A DNA stretch of 64,000 nt from Neoechinorhynchus agilis. Taxonomy: Eukaryota > Animalia > Acanthocephala. The stretch covers positions 5,992,784 to 6,056,783 of the forward strand of contig CM121341.1 in the NCBI GenBank assembly GCA_051530055.1. Direction: 5' to 3'. Below, piece by piece: positions 1 through 14,347 of the stretch. Under the pieces are notes generated by a model. It was not told where the DNA came from. It worked only from the letters and a program-made list of their open reading frames with translations, and did no database searches. Position 1 is the stretch's first letter. Each line of letters opens with the position of its first letter. The translations under genes were made by a program, and so were the position numbers.

Positions 1-29
1 GACTCATAGTCTTACCTTGTCTTCGTTAT

Positions 30-539
30 ATGTTCGCCAAGCATCAAGGCGACGTGGAATCCATTCTTTATGAGTTGAACGTTGTAGATCCGCTCGTTAT
101 AAGGCGCCTTCATCGGGATCTAAAAAAGATATCTAAGGGCAAACAGGATGTTTCATTAACCTCAAAGCTTAATTTAGCAGAAGCACGACTTCCCAGTTAT
201 GTGCGACCGTCCTCGCAATTAGTTTCTATGGGAGAACTCATTGAAATGTACTATCTCGTGACCAACGATGCGATTTGGGACTTCGCATACAAACAAACTA
301 ATATTGATTTTGTCAGTAAGGATAGTCTCGACAGCGAAAAATCGACTGCTTTCAATTCTCGATTAGGATCTCCGCGATCAAAAAAGGGGCTATATCCTGG
401 TCGTTGCATAATGAAGTGCTGTATACCGATTGTAAAAACAATCAAGGGGAAACGAAAGTTTAATATAGCAACTTTCAAGTCAGGACGCCGACGGAGACAT
501 TATTTGCACAATCATTCACAATCATCATCTAAGAGATAA
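30..539 (+). CDS. Unidentified ORF, frame open back to the window start; possibly the end of an upstream gene
   Basis: At least 178 stop-free codons in AT-rich DNA; no motif recognised. A competing minus-strand exon (TTTTTTAG ... GTAAG, about 17-119) also fits. Confidence 0.3.
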   Translation: MFAKHQGDVESILYELNVVDPLVIRRLHRDLKKISKGKQDVSLTSKLNLAEARLPSYVRPSSQLVSMGELIEMYYLVTNDAIWDFAYKQTNIDFVSKDSLDSEKSTAFNSRLGSPRSKKGLYPGRCIMKCCIPIVKTIKGKRKFNIATFKSGRRRRHYLHNHSQSSSKR

Positions 540-1631
540 TACGAATGTCAACATAAGCTATCCAATAAACCATTCCTCCTAATCTTATCGATTAATCCAC
601 ATTACGCTTAAAACGTTGCTGCTCGCCACTAATATTAGTCTCTCGAAAGTTTTCTAAGCTTAAAGTAGCCAAATTAAGGCTACTTGGAAACTTATACTGG
701 TGAACCCATTGTAATTTATCTTGTGATTTGAAAGCATGAACTTTTTTTAGTTAGAAGCATTCTCTTTTGTGCAAAAAAAACATACTTCAATTACCCAAAG
801 GTACAAAGGATCCAAAGAAGGTACATTTGTTAAACAATAAACATGTTATTATTATTCATTCCATGTAATTGAACGAAAACTACCTTAAAACGTTAAATTT
901 GAACGATATTTTGTTCTCTTTGTTTCTAATTTTATTAGTCATCAGCCAATTATGTTTCTCGAATCTTTATTCGTCCAAAATGAACTAACTACAAATTCTA
1001 CACACAAAGTCAAATAAGCTAGATGGTTTTTTTTGTAAACTTGACCAATGCGTTTGACAGGATAATGCACGATTTATTCGGAAAAGGAAACACGAATATG
1101 GTAGACAAGAGCACTCATTCGCAAAGGATCAATTGAAATTCAGCGAGAATCTGAAGTATCGATCCATTTTTCTCACATTGCTGCAGCCAATGCTCAAGAA
1201 TAAGGAAGAGAATGGAAAGCACCCCTGGGAGCTTTGAAGCCGATACCGAATTTTAGGAATCCAGAGTGTTGATTTTATTTATATTGTTCTAAAGAGTATT
1301 AATTCCAAGGTGCCATTTTTTTATCTGAATCTATATATTTTTTTTATTTGGACAAACATTACTATTGCGTGATAGGATTATTTATTAAGCATTTACATTT
1401 AGACTACTTTCATGTACTGATTGGTTGTTCCTTGAGAATAGCTCTTGAAAACGAAATTTATGCCACTTTTAAGTCTCATTAGAATTTTTCAAACGTATCT
1501 TGTGGCCCTTTAAGGCTCGTAAAATTGAAAAAATCACAAAAGACAACATTTTATTATCCAAGTCAAAGAGTTTATTTGGACAACTGAAACTTGGACTTTA
1601 AATGACTTAAAATTAGATCCCAAGCTTTGTC

Positions 1632-4600
1632 CTAAAATCCAACATCCTTAAGAAGATAAATCTTAATCATCAACACTAACCGGAATTTGGTAAAGGAATG
1701 ATAGCAATAATCCCGTTACCAAGGTGATCACAAATGACAGGATCAATTGCTTCTTGTGATGGCGGAGGACGACATACCGAAATGTTCTAATTGGCGTTGA
1801 GAACCAAGAAAACGACGTCATTGGTCGACTAAAGACGGGCATAATTAAGCGCTGAAAACGAGATTTTATTAACTTTGGTTGATGGAGAACAGGATTGATG
1901 TTTGGATCTTCACGGCCTTTTCCTACAGGCCTACTTTTTATTTCGTTCTCACCGACGATGGAAAACTCAGCCTCTATAGTACCCTATAAGTTGAGAAAAG
2001 GTATCAATGCAAACGATCAAACAGTTGAATACAATTTGAATCAATTTGCCAGTATCCATTCTGACAAGTGGCCACCAACCACGAATCCTCTGTTGATCAA
2101 AAATCGAAATGGTTTCCAATTTCAAATGCTCTTTAAGAGAACACGATCGTGACCACTTTGCCGGCCTTGAAATGGCATTAATATTAAACTTTGTGTTTCC
2201 TTCGTTAAAATTCTTTGTTTAAACACAAAAAAGAAACAAGCAATTACAAACCTAGAAATTCGTTCGCACTAAATTTATCATTGTCCCACAATTGTAAATC
2301 CAACTCAGGCACGACATTCTCTTCGATTGTGCTAGAATTCCAATTTAACAACTGCATATAAATATAGGATTTATTCTAAATTCGCGAACAAATTGTAGAC
2401 TTACGGATTTTTTTACGAGAGCTCTTTCCTCTGTCTCTATGTACTCAAAATCGAACACGAGTCTGTAATTAAAGTTTCCACAGCCATCGACGGAACTATA
2501 ACAAGAAATATGCGAAATTTCTAATATGAAAGAGTATCAGAAAAGTGCAAGGGAATTGCCACGAATATACAACGACAAAAAACCTCAAACCAAAATAAGC
2601 TTACCGGTAGTGAACATCGGTTTTCTGAGCTCCAGAAGAGCCGCAGTTCATCTGTCCTTCAACGTACAGGTCTGGGTAATCTTCTCGGGCGTAAGACTGA
2701 ATAATTTTCAAAAAGGTATTCACATTCCACACAACTACACGCAATTGATACCTACATTTTAGGTCAGAGAATTCAACAGCTATCAATAGCTCACAGTGCA
2801 GGCCTTCTAGGAGTAATCTCAACTATTGTTGTCGGAACAGATTCTTTGAGGGGGAATATATGTGGTTAATTCATTATTTGGCCGCGAGATTCGATGCAGA
2901 TAACGATTATTTTTTGGAATTACTTGATACTTTTCAAAATTGTAATATCTTATTAATCGGCACTTGAATTCTCAAATCATAAAAGCACACATTGAAATGT
3001 AGTTGAAAACTGAAAAACGCCAAAACGTTCCAAAGATTTTAAAATGGTCGTAGTGAAGAATCACGTGGGAACCAGATTTACTGAAATTAAGATCCTACTT
3101 ATTAATAACGAACGAGCTGTGATCTGAATGAATATTTGCGGTACTCGCGTTAAAAACAACAAAATAATGCTCTTTAACGAATTAACCATTTATCTATCCA
3201 CATTTGCAATCTGCCCTATTTCAAAAAAATTTGAATGAACTATTATCGTAAAGGAAATATCTATACCGTCGCTATTTGCGGCTTAGCTGGATTATAAAGT
3301 GTTCGGGTCTCAACATGTTCTCGTGTTAATCGCAATTTTCTTAGAATCTGTAGCGCTATGTTTTGTATTTTGTCGTCGTTTTTCCAATCACATTCTTCTT
3401 AGAAGGTTCAACCATTATCGATAGCACAGTTACCTTACTATTGTCAATCTTAAATGTGCACTTGTTAACGATAAGTTCAGTCTTAGGTGAGATTTGAGGT
3501 TTTTTCCAATTTTGTAATGCACACAAATTCTCGAGGATTGCCATTGGCTTTCGTTGCATTCGCCATCTATTGGGTCCACTCCTTAAAGTAAACGAATCAT
3601 TATATGCCAATGGATTGCAACTGACGTTTCATATATCTCGGGTAACCCGCAGTGAGCATGATAAAATGTTCTGATTCTGTTTTCGATATCAATGCAAGTC
3701 TGACCAATGAGATCGTCCCTAGTTAGTGGATTATAATCGTATACCATCACTGTCAATAGTCGCTCTTCAGGCAATGTAACAGTCATTTCATGTAGCCTTA
3801 AGAATTAAAATCTCGCATATTCTTTAATTTTTTGTTTGGTACTTACAGTCCGAATAGTGGAGATCGGGAGTTACTTTTTCGACCACTAGAATCTCCAATC
3901 GCCTGGATGCTAGTTGACAAACGGACATAGGGATCAGGCTGTAATGCAGTGGTGTCCGGTGCTTATTAGGAGTTCAACAAATCGAAACTAACATTTCCAT
4001 CAAAATCTGTAGTGTAGAGGTCGAACGCCCTAACGATATAAACGCGAACAATGCATTTGTAGCTGTTCAATGGAAGAGAGTCCAGGCTAAGTTGATTCGA
4101 AACCTGATCTGTGTACTTGCTCGCCTCACATAGAAATATTCGTGCCTATAAAGAACCATAAACGTTATTATAAAAACTAATGATTTGATCAATATTCAAC
4201 GGATAAAAAAATTCGGTCAAGGTCAGTGTTATTTTGTATACCTTCATATTAATTACAGTGGCATCATTTTTAGTTTCATCTTTAAAACGATATGTTTGGC
4301 ACATATCCTCGAATTTATTGTTCTTCATGTCATCCTCAAGGGATCCGTTAAGAACCTTTTTTTATGAAAAAATTCGAGTGCTGATTGGTTTTACCTCCAG
4401 TGTTGCATGCCGGCGAGTCTTGTATTGTCCACACTTTTCTATTTCACCGCTTGAAGCATAAAACTTGGACCACCAATCAAATTTTGTCACTGATTCCTGA
4501 TTAAAGAAACAATAATTACTACAAAAAGTAGATTAATTTCGTAATTGAGGCCTCGTATTTTGCTAAAAATGCTTTTGAATTGTCCAAATGGATCTGTTGT

Positions 4601-7600
4601 CTTAGTTTACATCGCTTGCTGAAGCAGCGAATGGAGAAGACGGCAAGATATAACAAAGGGATTCTTAAGCATGCAAAAGCGTAACTCACGTGTGGAATTG
4701 GAACAGAATTAATCGCAAGAAGGTTATCTTATATAAATTGATTAAAGGTTTATGTAGGAAACTCAAGAGATACCTTTAGCTTTAAACAAACCATTACTGT
4801 AGTCCTGAATTTGACATACTTCCAGTTGACTTCTAATTACACCAACGATTGATTTTCGGCCGAACGATTTATTATCAATTAAGGAGATGATCACCTCCGG
4901 GGCATATTGCTTATCCAGAGGAATATTCTTTTAGCCATTTAATTGATTTAAGAACAAAATGAAGAACCGATCTCACCAAATCAAAGTGAGCAGCGGGCAC
5001 TTGAAAGTTTAAGCCTTCTAAAGAACTCAGTTCCTGTATCTTCCCTGAAACCTGAATTATCAACTTTGGTTTTGTCAGATCTTTTACTCTTATTCCTTTT
5101 AAACTTTCACGGAGTCCCCAACAGAAAACCTTAAAAGTTTTCTGTTTGAGACTATCACGGATTGCTCATACCATCAAGTGAGCATGAGTTGTTTGCGGCC
5201 TTATATGTTCTGGTATTTCGAAACGAGTTTTAAAGTCACGTTGAATGTTAAGGTCATATTCTTCATTCTAAAATGTATGTGGGTCATTTTATCCATAAAT
5301 TCAGCCGTATCTACAACTTGTAACAACCGAAGACCCATAAGTATTTCCCCAGTGATTGATACGCCTTTGAAAGATATCCACGACAATTTGAATTTTTCTT
5401 TACTTGAACCTTCGAGATCTACTGTTGATGGTTTCAAAAACTTTTGACTGATCTAAGAACAAGCACTTCTAAAAAAAGCGTACAATACTTAACTTACTAT
5501 TGTGGAATTATTATTATCAATCAATTCAACGAGAGCATATGGAGGTTCGGATTTTATGTCGCTCAATGAACCATATAAAACCAACTTATCAAAAATAAGC
5601 ATCTCATTCCAAATCATCGAGCTATCCTTATCTAACTGTGCCGTTGATTGACTGAGTCCCATATACGTTATTGACAACGACAGTCCTGATACAATCATAA
5701 TAAGGATTTTAAATTTTACATCTATACCATCAGTTAATTTATGATCGATCGATAATCGTTTGCACTGGAAAATGTATGCATGAAGCCGGTAAGTATTTGA
5801 ATCTATTTTTTGTCAATTTTATTTTCAGAAAAATCATCCGGGAACTTGCTTTTATAGTACATTTCAGTGAGAGATGACATTCGCTTATGAGAAAATTCAT
5901 CATGCCCCTAAAAACCAATTTATTGCCATGTAGTTTTATTCGAAAAGATTACCTCTATTTTGAAAATAACCGGTAGTTTGTCATTCAATTTAGCGTTCGT
6001 TACTTCGTCTTCCTCATTTACAGTTATCCGCCTGCGCCATCGAATCCTTCTTACGGTATCCGAGTTTTTTTCCTTTTCATGCACAGAACCTTCAACGCCA
6101 GCCGAATATCGCCAAAAATCATTTGCAATGCAATGAGCACTTTCCGTGTCCTTACACAGAACAAATAGTCGATAAATTATCTGAATATGCTTACCTTCTT
6201 TTCAATTGATTTCATAGCTCGTTCGCGTAACCAGCAACGCCGCCTTGAGATATGGAATAGCCTTGAGCTTGCAGAATATGTGCCCTCTGGACTGCGGTAT
6301 TCCCAACCTGCAATAATGAAGATGATAATCGGACTCAGGCCGGCGATACAGAACTAAAAGCTACAAAAATGCGTTCATTTGACCGAAGCACACAATTTGG
6401 AACTACATAGCCAAACAAAAACTATTCGTTATCGATTCTCAGTGTATATTTCTTTTAAAATCTCGTGATCTGTTGCTGCTTTTTCATAGAAAACTTATAT
6501 TCCAGAAATGAAAGTACGATTTTTCAATTCGATCTTTTCGATAACTCTATTATTAGTTTACAGATATTACAAATACTAACCGTCCTTATCAACTGCTCTT
6601 TGGAAATCAATGTACCAATCCGTCAGCCACGTCCATCCAGCCGGTGGCTTATTTTGTCTCACCGATTCAAAACATTCCATTTCAACCTGTATAATGGTTT
6701 GCGGATTCCATTTAAGTAAAAGCTGTCTTATACCTCATCATGTTGTTTTCCAGTATCAGTGGTCGCCTTCCACTCTCCTGTTTTTGACTCCCGATTTTGA
6801 AATTCGAAAATCGTTGATTTATGCACCAATTTTCCGTCGCTGACGGCTCCGCTGATTCCAGAAAAGACTTAAGATCACATTTTTGCAACCCTAACACCTA
6901 CGTGGTAACTGGTTCACAATACCAATCACCGAGCCACTTCAGCGACGCCGGCAAGAGAAATGCATCTTTTAGCGTTTGATTCTAAACATTTTCTCACAAA
7001 TATTATTGACGATACGTTCACTAGTTTTGTAGTACACATTCAGAAACTCACCTTCCCATAAAAATCTGACCATTCGAATATTCCATCTCTTTTGTAATTG
7101 GCTGTCGACCATTTGTCGTGGCACTTTACCTGCAAAGTTTTTAGATGAACGTTCGGATGTTTGCTTCCAAAATATTTAAGTTAATAATGAAAAACGAGTC
7201 AAATATATGAAATAAAGATTTTGGTTTACAAGAAGAAAACCTCGTTTCCACTTTGCTCTTTCAGGATGTTTCAAAAAAAAGAGAACGTTCAAAGCAAGAA
7301 ATCTTACCTGATTCTCATAAACTTCCACAAAAGCCCTAAGCTCTATTGACGCGTTATCATATGTATAAGTATTGTGGGAATCCAAGGATCCAAACCAAAG
7401 CCTCATCCTCATGATTGCATCAACTTCGTTTGAGCTGATTGAATGGAACTTATAGGTTACCGTTTTTCCAGCACATGAACCATTCGTCATTGAGTCTTGG
7501 CTAAAATATACTTTTTCAACTGGTATCCTAGCGTAGGACAATCTGGTTGTACCGGACATCATCCACACGACAATATCTGGGAAACTTTGCTGAGCCTAAA

Positions 7601-9835
7601 ACTGGTTTTTAAATGCGATTAAATATGAGTGAATCAAACCTCTGTACAGATTTCCTTTAACATTGTTTCAATTCTTTGCAAAAGTTCCAATCGTGATTCG
7701 TGGCTTTTGGTTGCGTGTATTTTCGAGCAAAGCTCAATACAGTGATCTAATACACGTCCTCGACATATTTGGGTTGTACGGTCAAGATCATTTTGAATAT
7801 TTTTTCTCCGTTTAACTAATTCATTTTGTTTCCTATGTAACGGAACATCAAGGGAGATCCATCCTTTCCTCGAAGACTTACTTCATCATGTTCATAAATG
7901 CCTCAAGATCACCAATGTTACTCGCACTTTCCTCTTTCAATACATTCTTTAAAACTCGTGCTTCAAAGACTAAGCGAGCGCAATAAATACAAACCACTGC
8001 TTCGACTAAATTTGTTAGTCGATTGACTTCCTGAATTCTAAATTCTGTGTTTTCCCATTGAGACAAAACTTGAACGAAAGGTTTGTTACAATGCCATGAC
8101 AATCTCCTTATCGATTTCCCATCAAACTGTGGTTGAATGGGCGATGTCATCGAACAACCAATTTCACCGGTTTGTGTCTCAGAGCTGTCACCGAAATTTC
8201 CTATAAACGCTGTAAAATGACAAAATCTGCCATTGATTCATACATGAACCTTGACTGAACTCAAGTTGAATTGAGGTATTCATTTCCTTTAACAATGTTC
8301 CGCCAAACACAATTGCACATAATTTGTATTTGTTGGAAGCCTCGTAGGTTTGTGATTCTTTAGTCAAACACTTCGCTATCACTGACTTTTTTGCATCAGG
8401 ATGCGATGGCAAAGTGCCGATTGCAACCAGAATTCGTCCATTGTACGTTTGTCGCTTTACCTCAAGATATAATTAAAATTGTACGCATCCAAAAAAAACA
8501 ATTGTACCACTGGAATTGTCGAGATGCTGTCATTATCATTTTCCATCAAAGACTCCATTATATCACCACCAATCATATTTACCCAACATGGACCAAAAGT
8601 AGGCAAATAGCCATCATCACTTGGGTCAAAAAGCCACTCAAATGGAATGTTGCAGCTACCAATATTATTGTGTATTCCACAGGGATCTCTAAAAAAACAG
8701 TGTTCTATTATAATCCATTTATGAAAACCTTGAAAACAAACTCGTCTTCTACTCTAATAGAGATCACTTCGTGAATACAAGGAAACTGTTTAGGTCATGT
8801 AAGTGCGAAAATCAAAAAAATTTAACGAAATACTTCAACTTTGAACAACAATTCCTCATTGAACACTGGATTTGAGCATTTGTTTATCGTTTTTGTTCTT
8901 AACTAAAGCAAAAGACTGTCAATGTAATGAAAAGAATGCTTCAAAGAACCTCTTCTTTTCCAAACTTTACAATTACATAAGGATCAACCAAATCCTTAGT
9001 CTTCGTAGTTTTCTTTGAAAATAGTGCAGCTAAGCGTGAAAGCGTTTCGCCGTCCACTGATTGATGGAAAGTGAACAAAAAGGTGTAACAGATACAAACT
9101 TCGCGGGAGGTCTTCAGCTTTAAAAATCCTAATAAACATAACCATCGAAGTCAAATCGACGCCCAGTTGGCGTATTATTTGACTATGATCAATAGGATAA
9201 GAGCGAATCAAAAGCATTAACAACTAACTATTCAGTTGATTCAGAATGCACCTTCGGAACCTAGTTTGAAAGCTAAAATTGGTTTTAACGAATCACGTAA
9301 ACAACCTCAATGTATTCTCCTTGTTTGGTGATTTGAGCTTCGATATGTAGGAACCCGGCTGGGGAACAGGTCGATTTTCGTGTCAATAAAAGCATAAAAT
9401 TTTTAAGAGTATGATTGTGCTGCTCATATATGACACTTAATTGCAACTTTAAATAAGCTTTTAGCATTTAATGCGTTCACAACTATTACTTTCCACTTAC
9501 ATTAAAGTACGCAATGCACATTTGTGCATTGGTCGATTCACTATCGATTATCTCGATCTTTATACTTTCCGTCAGAAGTTCATCTTTCGCCATTTTGCAC
9601 TCGAAACTCGTAGTTTCGTCCCAGACGTGATGCAGCCAAGATTTCGATTTGCGAGTAATGAATACTCGATCACGGAAATGGATTTGAACTTGAGCACCAT
9701 AGGCGTGTCGAATGAGCTGACGAGCCGACTTTATATGGATTTTAAGCTAAAGTGCGAATCATTCGTTTAACTAAACGTATTATAAAACGGTGTACGAACG
9801 TTGAAAAACTCCGTGTTTGAGCACTTTGGTTCCAT
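1632..9835 (-). CDS. Ferlin family protein with nested DysF domain (dysferlin/myoferlin/FER-1 type), multi-exon
   Basis: Spliced exons give C2 domains (LKIHIKSARQL; FIRIFKAEDLP; RVYIVRAFDL; YNPLTRDDLIGQTCIDIENR; KTDVHYR), FerB-like WMMSGTTRLSYARIP and DysF motifs (LKWLGDWYCEP; PPAGWTWLTDWYIDFQRAVDKDGWEY; RRRCWLRER). C-terminal FSWFSTPIRTF is followed by one TM helix. Start (9835) and last exon are tentative. Confidence 0.9.
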
Positions 9836-11047
9836 AAACAAAAAAAGTAGTGCGACTTGTTCGTAAAGTTCCCTATTTAATTGAGAACTTTGTCAGTTAC
9901 AGCTGCTCCATTCTTCAACTAGAGACGAGCGGAAATTAAGATTTATAGGTGCCATGTAAACGAGGATTCATGTGACTTTGTATATCTAAGAAACGATAGC
10001 GACCTAACAAGACCAGGATATTGCAAATCAAACAATTTAAATAAAGATCTCTGTTGTGTCGGTAGGTAACGGGCTATATGATTAGAAGCATTATTTAGAA
10101 GTCTTCATTCGGGTTTTATTTGCGAACCTCATAGGCTCTTCATCATCAGTTAGTCAGTGGACAAACAGAATTTGAAAAATATAATCCACATATGAATTAT
10201 GGCCTGAACCCTTTATCGTTTGAAAATATAAATAATAGTCAAAAATAATGTAAGTAGCAATCCCTACGGTTCACAATATTTTGAATGAAACTTACAGAAA
10301 GCAGAATCAACTTCATAATAAGATGATGAATTAAAATTAGTAAGATATTGATGGAAGGGCGCTAAGTGCCATTGGTTGGATAAGCAATGCCCAGAGAAAT
10401 AGCGAGATATGAAGGAGCTCCGTCGGTCAGTGTTTGGCCAACGGCGAATCAAACGATGGAAGTGATTTGTTGGTCAAAGTTATGTATTGTCGCTCAATTA
10501 GCCAGAATAAGGATATACGATTCGACGTATTTTAATCGAAATGCCAAGTCGGCTCAAACCGGAAGCGAGCCCGTGTTTACTTTGTACGGAGTTTTTTGTT
10601 TTAATATCAACTAATTAGTGGTTTCAATGATCACAGTCTGGGAACTTGCAGAATTTTACCGTTTTGTGTCAACCAAACATTTGATTTTTTTATAAAATTG
10701 ATTCTATACTTCCCTTTAACGAATTATTGACGCAATGAAGTAGTCAATGATTGCCGGTAGTCACAGAACTGCTTTTTGCAAGTCCGAAATTCAATGCTCG
10801 GTGAGAAATCAACCAAATTCTTAAAATATTTTTTGACTTACACACACCGAAATATTTTTCGTATTATTTTAAATGCGATTATCGAAATCGGCTTAAGATA
10901 GTGTGCGAGTGAATTGTTCAGTCTACTTTGTCTTCGGATTATTCAGCACACTCATCCAAAAATGAGTAAGAGATTTGCTTGTACACGACAAATCTTTTAC
11001 CACGCAAACTACTCTGAACTCTTCGATAATCTTTTAGTCGACACCAA

Positions 11048-11704
11048 ATGAGTTTAATTCAATTCAGTGTCTTGATGTGCATTTTACTTAGCGTTCTTGC
11101 AATGGTTCCGATAGCGGAAATAACTGAGGAGGTAACAGATCAGATTATAGATTCACCGATCACATTCAGTGTCCTAAGGGAAAATATTATTGATGAAAGT
11201 TCAAATGTACACCATCGGTCGCGGAATAGGAGTTTCATTTAGAGAGACTATTCGCGATCAACGGTAAAGACAGATGCGGGCGGAAGCTTCGATTGCATCG
11301 ATTTAAACGAGTAAACCTAAGATCGCGAATATTTTGGATCTCGGATTTGGCTATCGTGGAGAATTACGTTTATAATAAAAACGAAGTATTCTCAGTCCTT
11401 TTTTTGTACAACGCGAGAAAGTAATGAGAATATTCGTTCGAGAGGGTTCCTAAATGTTGTTGAGTACATTCGAGACCAAACTGTGCCATTTGTTATAAAA
11501 CAAATAAATGGTAATCCTCCTTTCACTGAACTCAGATCTATTGCAAAGATGACTGGAAAAGACGATTATGTAGGGTTTATTGAAGAAGCTTTTGAAGTAA
11601 TTTTAATGGAATTAAAGGAACATTTCGGTCAGAACAATGAGCTCATTTATGAATATTTTGAACCATATTGTTCAGACCTTCCACTGATTCAATTTACACG
11701 ATAA
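11048..11704 (+). CDS. Candidate small secreted orphan protein (spliced model tentative)
   Basis: ORF 11048-11242 starts with a signal-peptide-like MSLIQFSVLMCILLSVLA. An in-frame 36-bp GT..AG intron (11207-11242) would remove its stop, and ORF 11483-11704 is in the same frame. Confidence 0.3.
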
Positions 11705-12868
11705 ACTATAAATTATTGGCGATTTATGACGCTATCAATTAAAAATAAAGGTCGTTGCTTTTTCTACACATTCCTTTTCCGCTTTTTGTCGTTTGCTGAT
11801 ATAATATTACAATTGCCTAGCAGATCAAAGAATTACTACATTGAATCAAAAGAGTGAAATGTCCTTTCATTTGAGTTATTTAAGAAATAATGCGCTGATT
11901 AGATTTATTAATACGAAAAGGTTTAATCGCAAAATAAAATATATACATATGAAGTCTTGAACCCAACCGCACCCCTAAAAAGTTTAGATGTATATGTTTA
12001 TTTAAAATAACACCATATACAAAAGAGTGTATTAATCTTAATTAATTTTGGAAAATTATGCATTGAAAAAATAAGGAGATGAAAATAACCGCCTCGTAGT
12101 TAACAAATAATTTAAATATCCACCAATAAAGTCCAGATTTCAATGCAATATCAAGGAGATATAATTTTGATAAAATGCGATACATTCTTTGGATCGATAT
12201 AAAGCACAGAATGAGATTTGGGAAACTCCTTTAAAACACGAATAAAAATTGTTTTTAATAGATACAATTTGTATAGAGAAAAATATATGTTTTGATGATA
12301 AAGAAAATATTTTAGGGGCAAAGTGCTTCTAGAAAACATTTTAAGTGCGCCAGAAAACTCAATAATTGAGTTATTTGAGGGCCGTGAAGGGTACAATTTG
12401 ATAAGAAGAAGTATATCAGTGTATCGGAAACATAAAAAGTTGTGTGGTGGTAATCGAAATGCTCTAAAAGCACTAGAGAATCCGAAATCGTATCGCATAT
12501 TAGAATTATTACTCGTAATGGGCACCCGGATGTTTTTTAGTTTTATTTTAAAATTCTCCAGTCACTAGAGATTAAGGGATAAGTCCCGAAGATTCGTTCT
12601 CTTTTTGTATTTCTCGCTTTCCTCTATTAAATGAAGTAAATGTTCTTTGATTCCGTGAAATAATCATTGGCCCTGGTTAATAACTCATGTAAGTATGTTA
12701 TTAAGGAAATTCACCTCATTATATCGTAGTATGTTTCGACTCATTTTTGTTGTATCCGAATGGAAGATATTGCTCCATTGATTGTATCCATCTACCTTGG
12801 AAAGATTGAGAACTAAGTTTTTAAGAACGATCGTTCTTAGAGGACCTTTCGGAGTAATCCTTGGTAAA

Positions 12869-14130
12869 TTTTTTTTGATAAACGATAAATGTATTCAATC
12901 AATCTTCATCTCTCGACAATTAATACACTCACCACCTCCCGCCAAATTCCAGCTTTTGTCCTTCCTCGACCGTCGCCATCACGCTGGCAGCATTGCTTCG
13001 TTGTGCTGCCAGCGAGATATTTTGTCGAAGGAATACGCCTGCTCTTGAGTCTCCGGTTGCCTCTCTCAATTTCTTCGAGAGATCCTGGAGCAGAGTGCCG
13101 AGCTGCCGAGCGCTCCATACGTCTCTACCCCAAAAGGAACAAAATAGTGAGCCCTCGATAACTGAATATATTTCCGTATTTTCCTCCCTTCCGCTGCACT
13201 GGCGGCACCACCGGCGATTTCGAGGGAGTAGCGGATGTTGCTGGCTGCGATGGTATCCACACACGTGGCGTCCCAGAGAAGGCATTTGCCCTCCCGCCAC
13301 GGGAAAACCGAAATTCCATCGGGCCTACGGCCGTCTAGTCGACAAAGGTGGGCGGGTTCCAGGATGTTCGGGAAGTTCGCCGTTCTCAGCGCCCGAGAAA
13401 TTGATCTCAGAATGGCGTGAGAACCTTCCTCCTGACTTTCGACAAACGAGACCGTGTCGCCCGAGAGCATCAACCAAAGACCCACATCGACGATGGGGCG
13501 TGCATATCGGGAGACCAAGTCTTAAGGATACTGCGATCCTCGTTGCCTCGTCAGTAAGAAGAGTTCCCACTGATGCCAGAGGAACAGCCTCCAACCACGC
13601 CCCAGATTCTCGTGTTGAAACTGCCAACAGTCTAGCTCGGACGACCCCATCGCGAGAACCGGAAAGTAGAGAGCTGTGAGCTCTCGCGACAAGAGGTCCG
13701 TCCCAGATCGACTGTTTGAGGCCATTCACGGGAACATTGTTAAAGCCTGCCTGCTGGCACCATTCCTCAACCGCCACCACGAAATCCCGGTCAAGACAGA
13801 ACTTTTCCTTCAAAATGTTCTTCGAGACAGTTCTAGAAAATACTAAGCGATTATGGTCACAATTTAAGTGTTTTATAGATTCTTTGCTTAAACGATCGTT
13901 TTCCAATAGGTTCTGCACATAGAAGGCAACGTACCCCGGCCATTCGGAGAATGGTGCCCACATCTTGAACGTTCCCGACAAATGAATAAATTAAAATCGT
14001 ATAGTGTCTCTAAATCTAACGCAGCAGAGAATTGCATAAGCCAAAGAAAATTCCTTCTGGAATAAGTATTTGATGGAGTTGAAGCACATTTCCTGTTCTG
14101 CTCGTAGAAAATCGTCATTGACAAATTTTT
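12869..14130 (-). mobile_element. 5'-truncated, frameshifted CRE-like non-LTR retrotransposon 3' end (Zn knuckle plus restriction-like endonuclease)
   Basis: Overlapping ORFs give SGAWLEAVPLASVGTLL, CG..VDALGRHGLVC...RH (CCHC-type knuckle), EPAHLCRLDGRRPDGISVFPWREGKCLLWDATCVDT (PD..D nuclease) and SLAAQRSNAASV; short 3' UTR, then an A8 tail (T-run 12869-12876). Confidence 0.85.
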
Positions 14131-14347
14131 AATTAGGATTGAACATAATTGAAGTATACTTTCTGGATAAATAAAAAGTCATCATTTTGGGTAACGATTT
14201 GAACTTAAAGTGTCGTTGGATAGCCAACGAGCATAACAAAATTATGATATTCTGAGGTTGTATAAAAAGCACCTTTGGGTCATTTTAAGAACGTCAAAAC
14301 TTCATAATGATTTAGAAGTTTCTTCTCTCGATTAAATTTAAACCGAA

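Noticed and set aside
1060-1240. Possible small plus-strand exon DNARFIRKRKHEY...HPWEL
   Set aside because: No convincing first exon and no family recognised.
12151-12568. Overlapping ORFs of 81 and 124 aa
   Set aside because: Low-complexity AT-rich sequence with no motif or consistent splice model.
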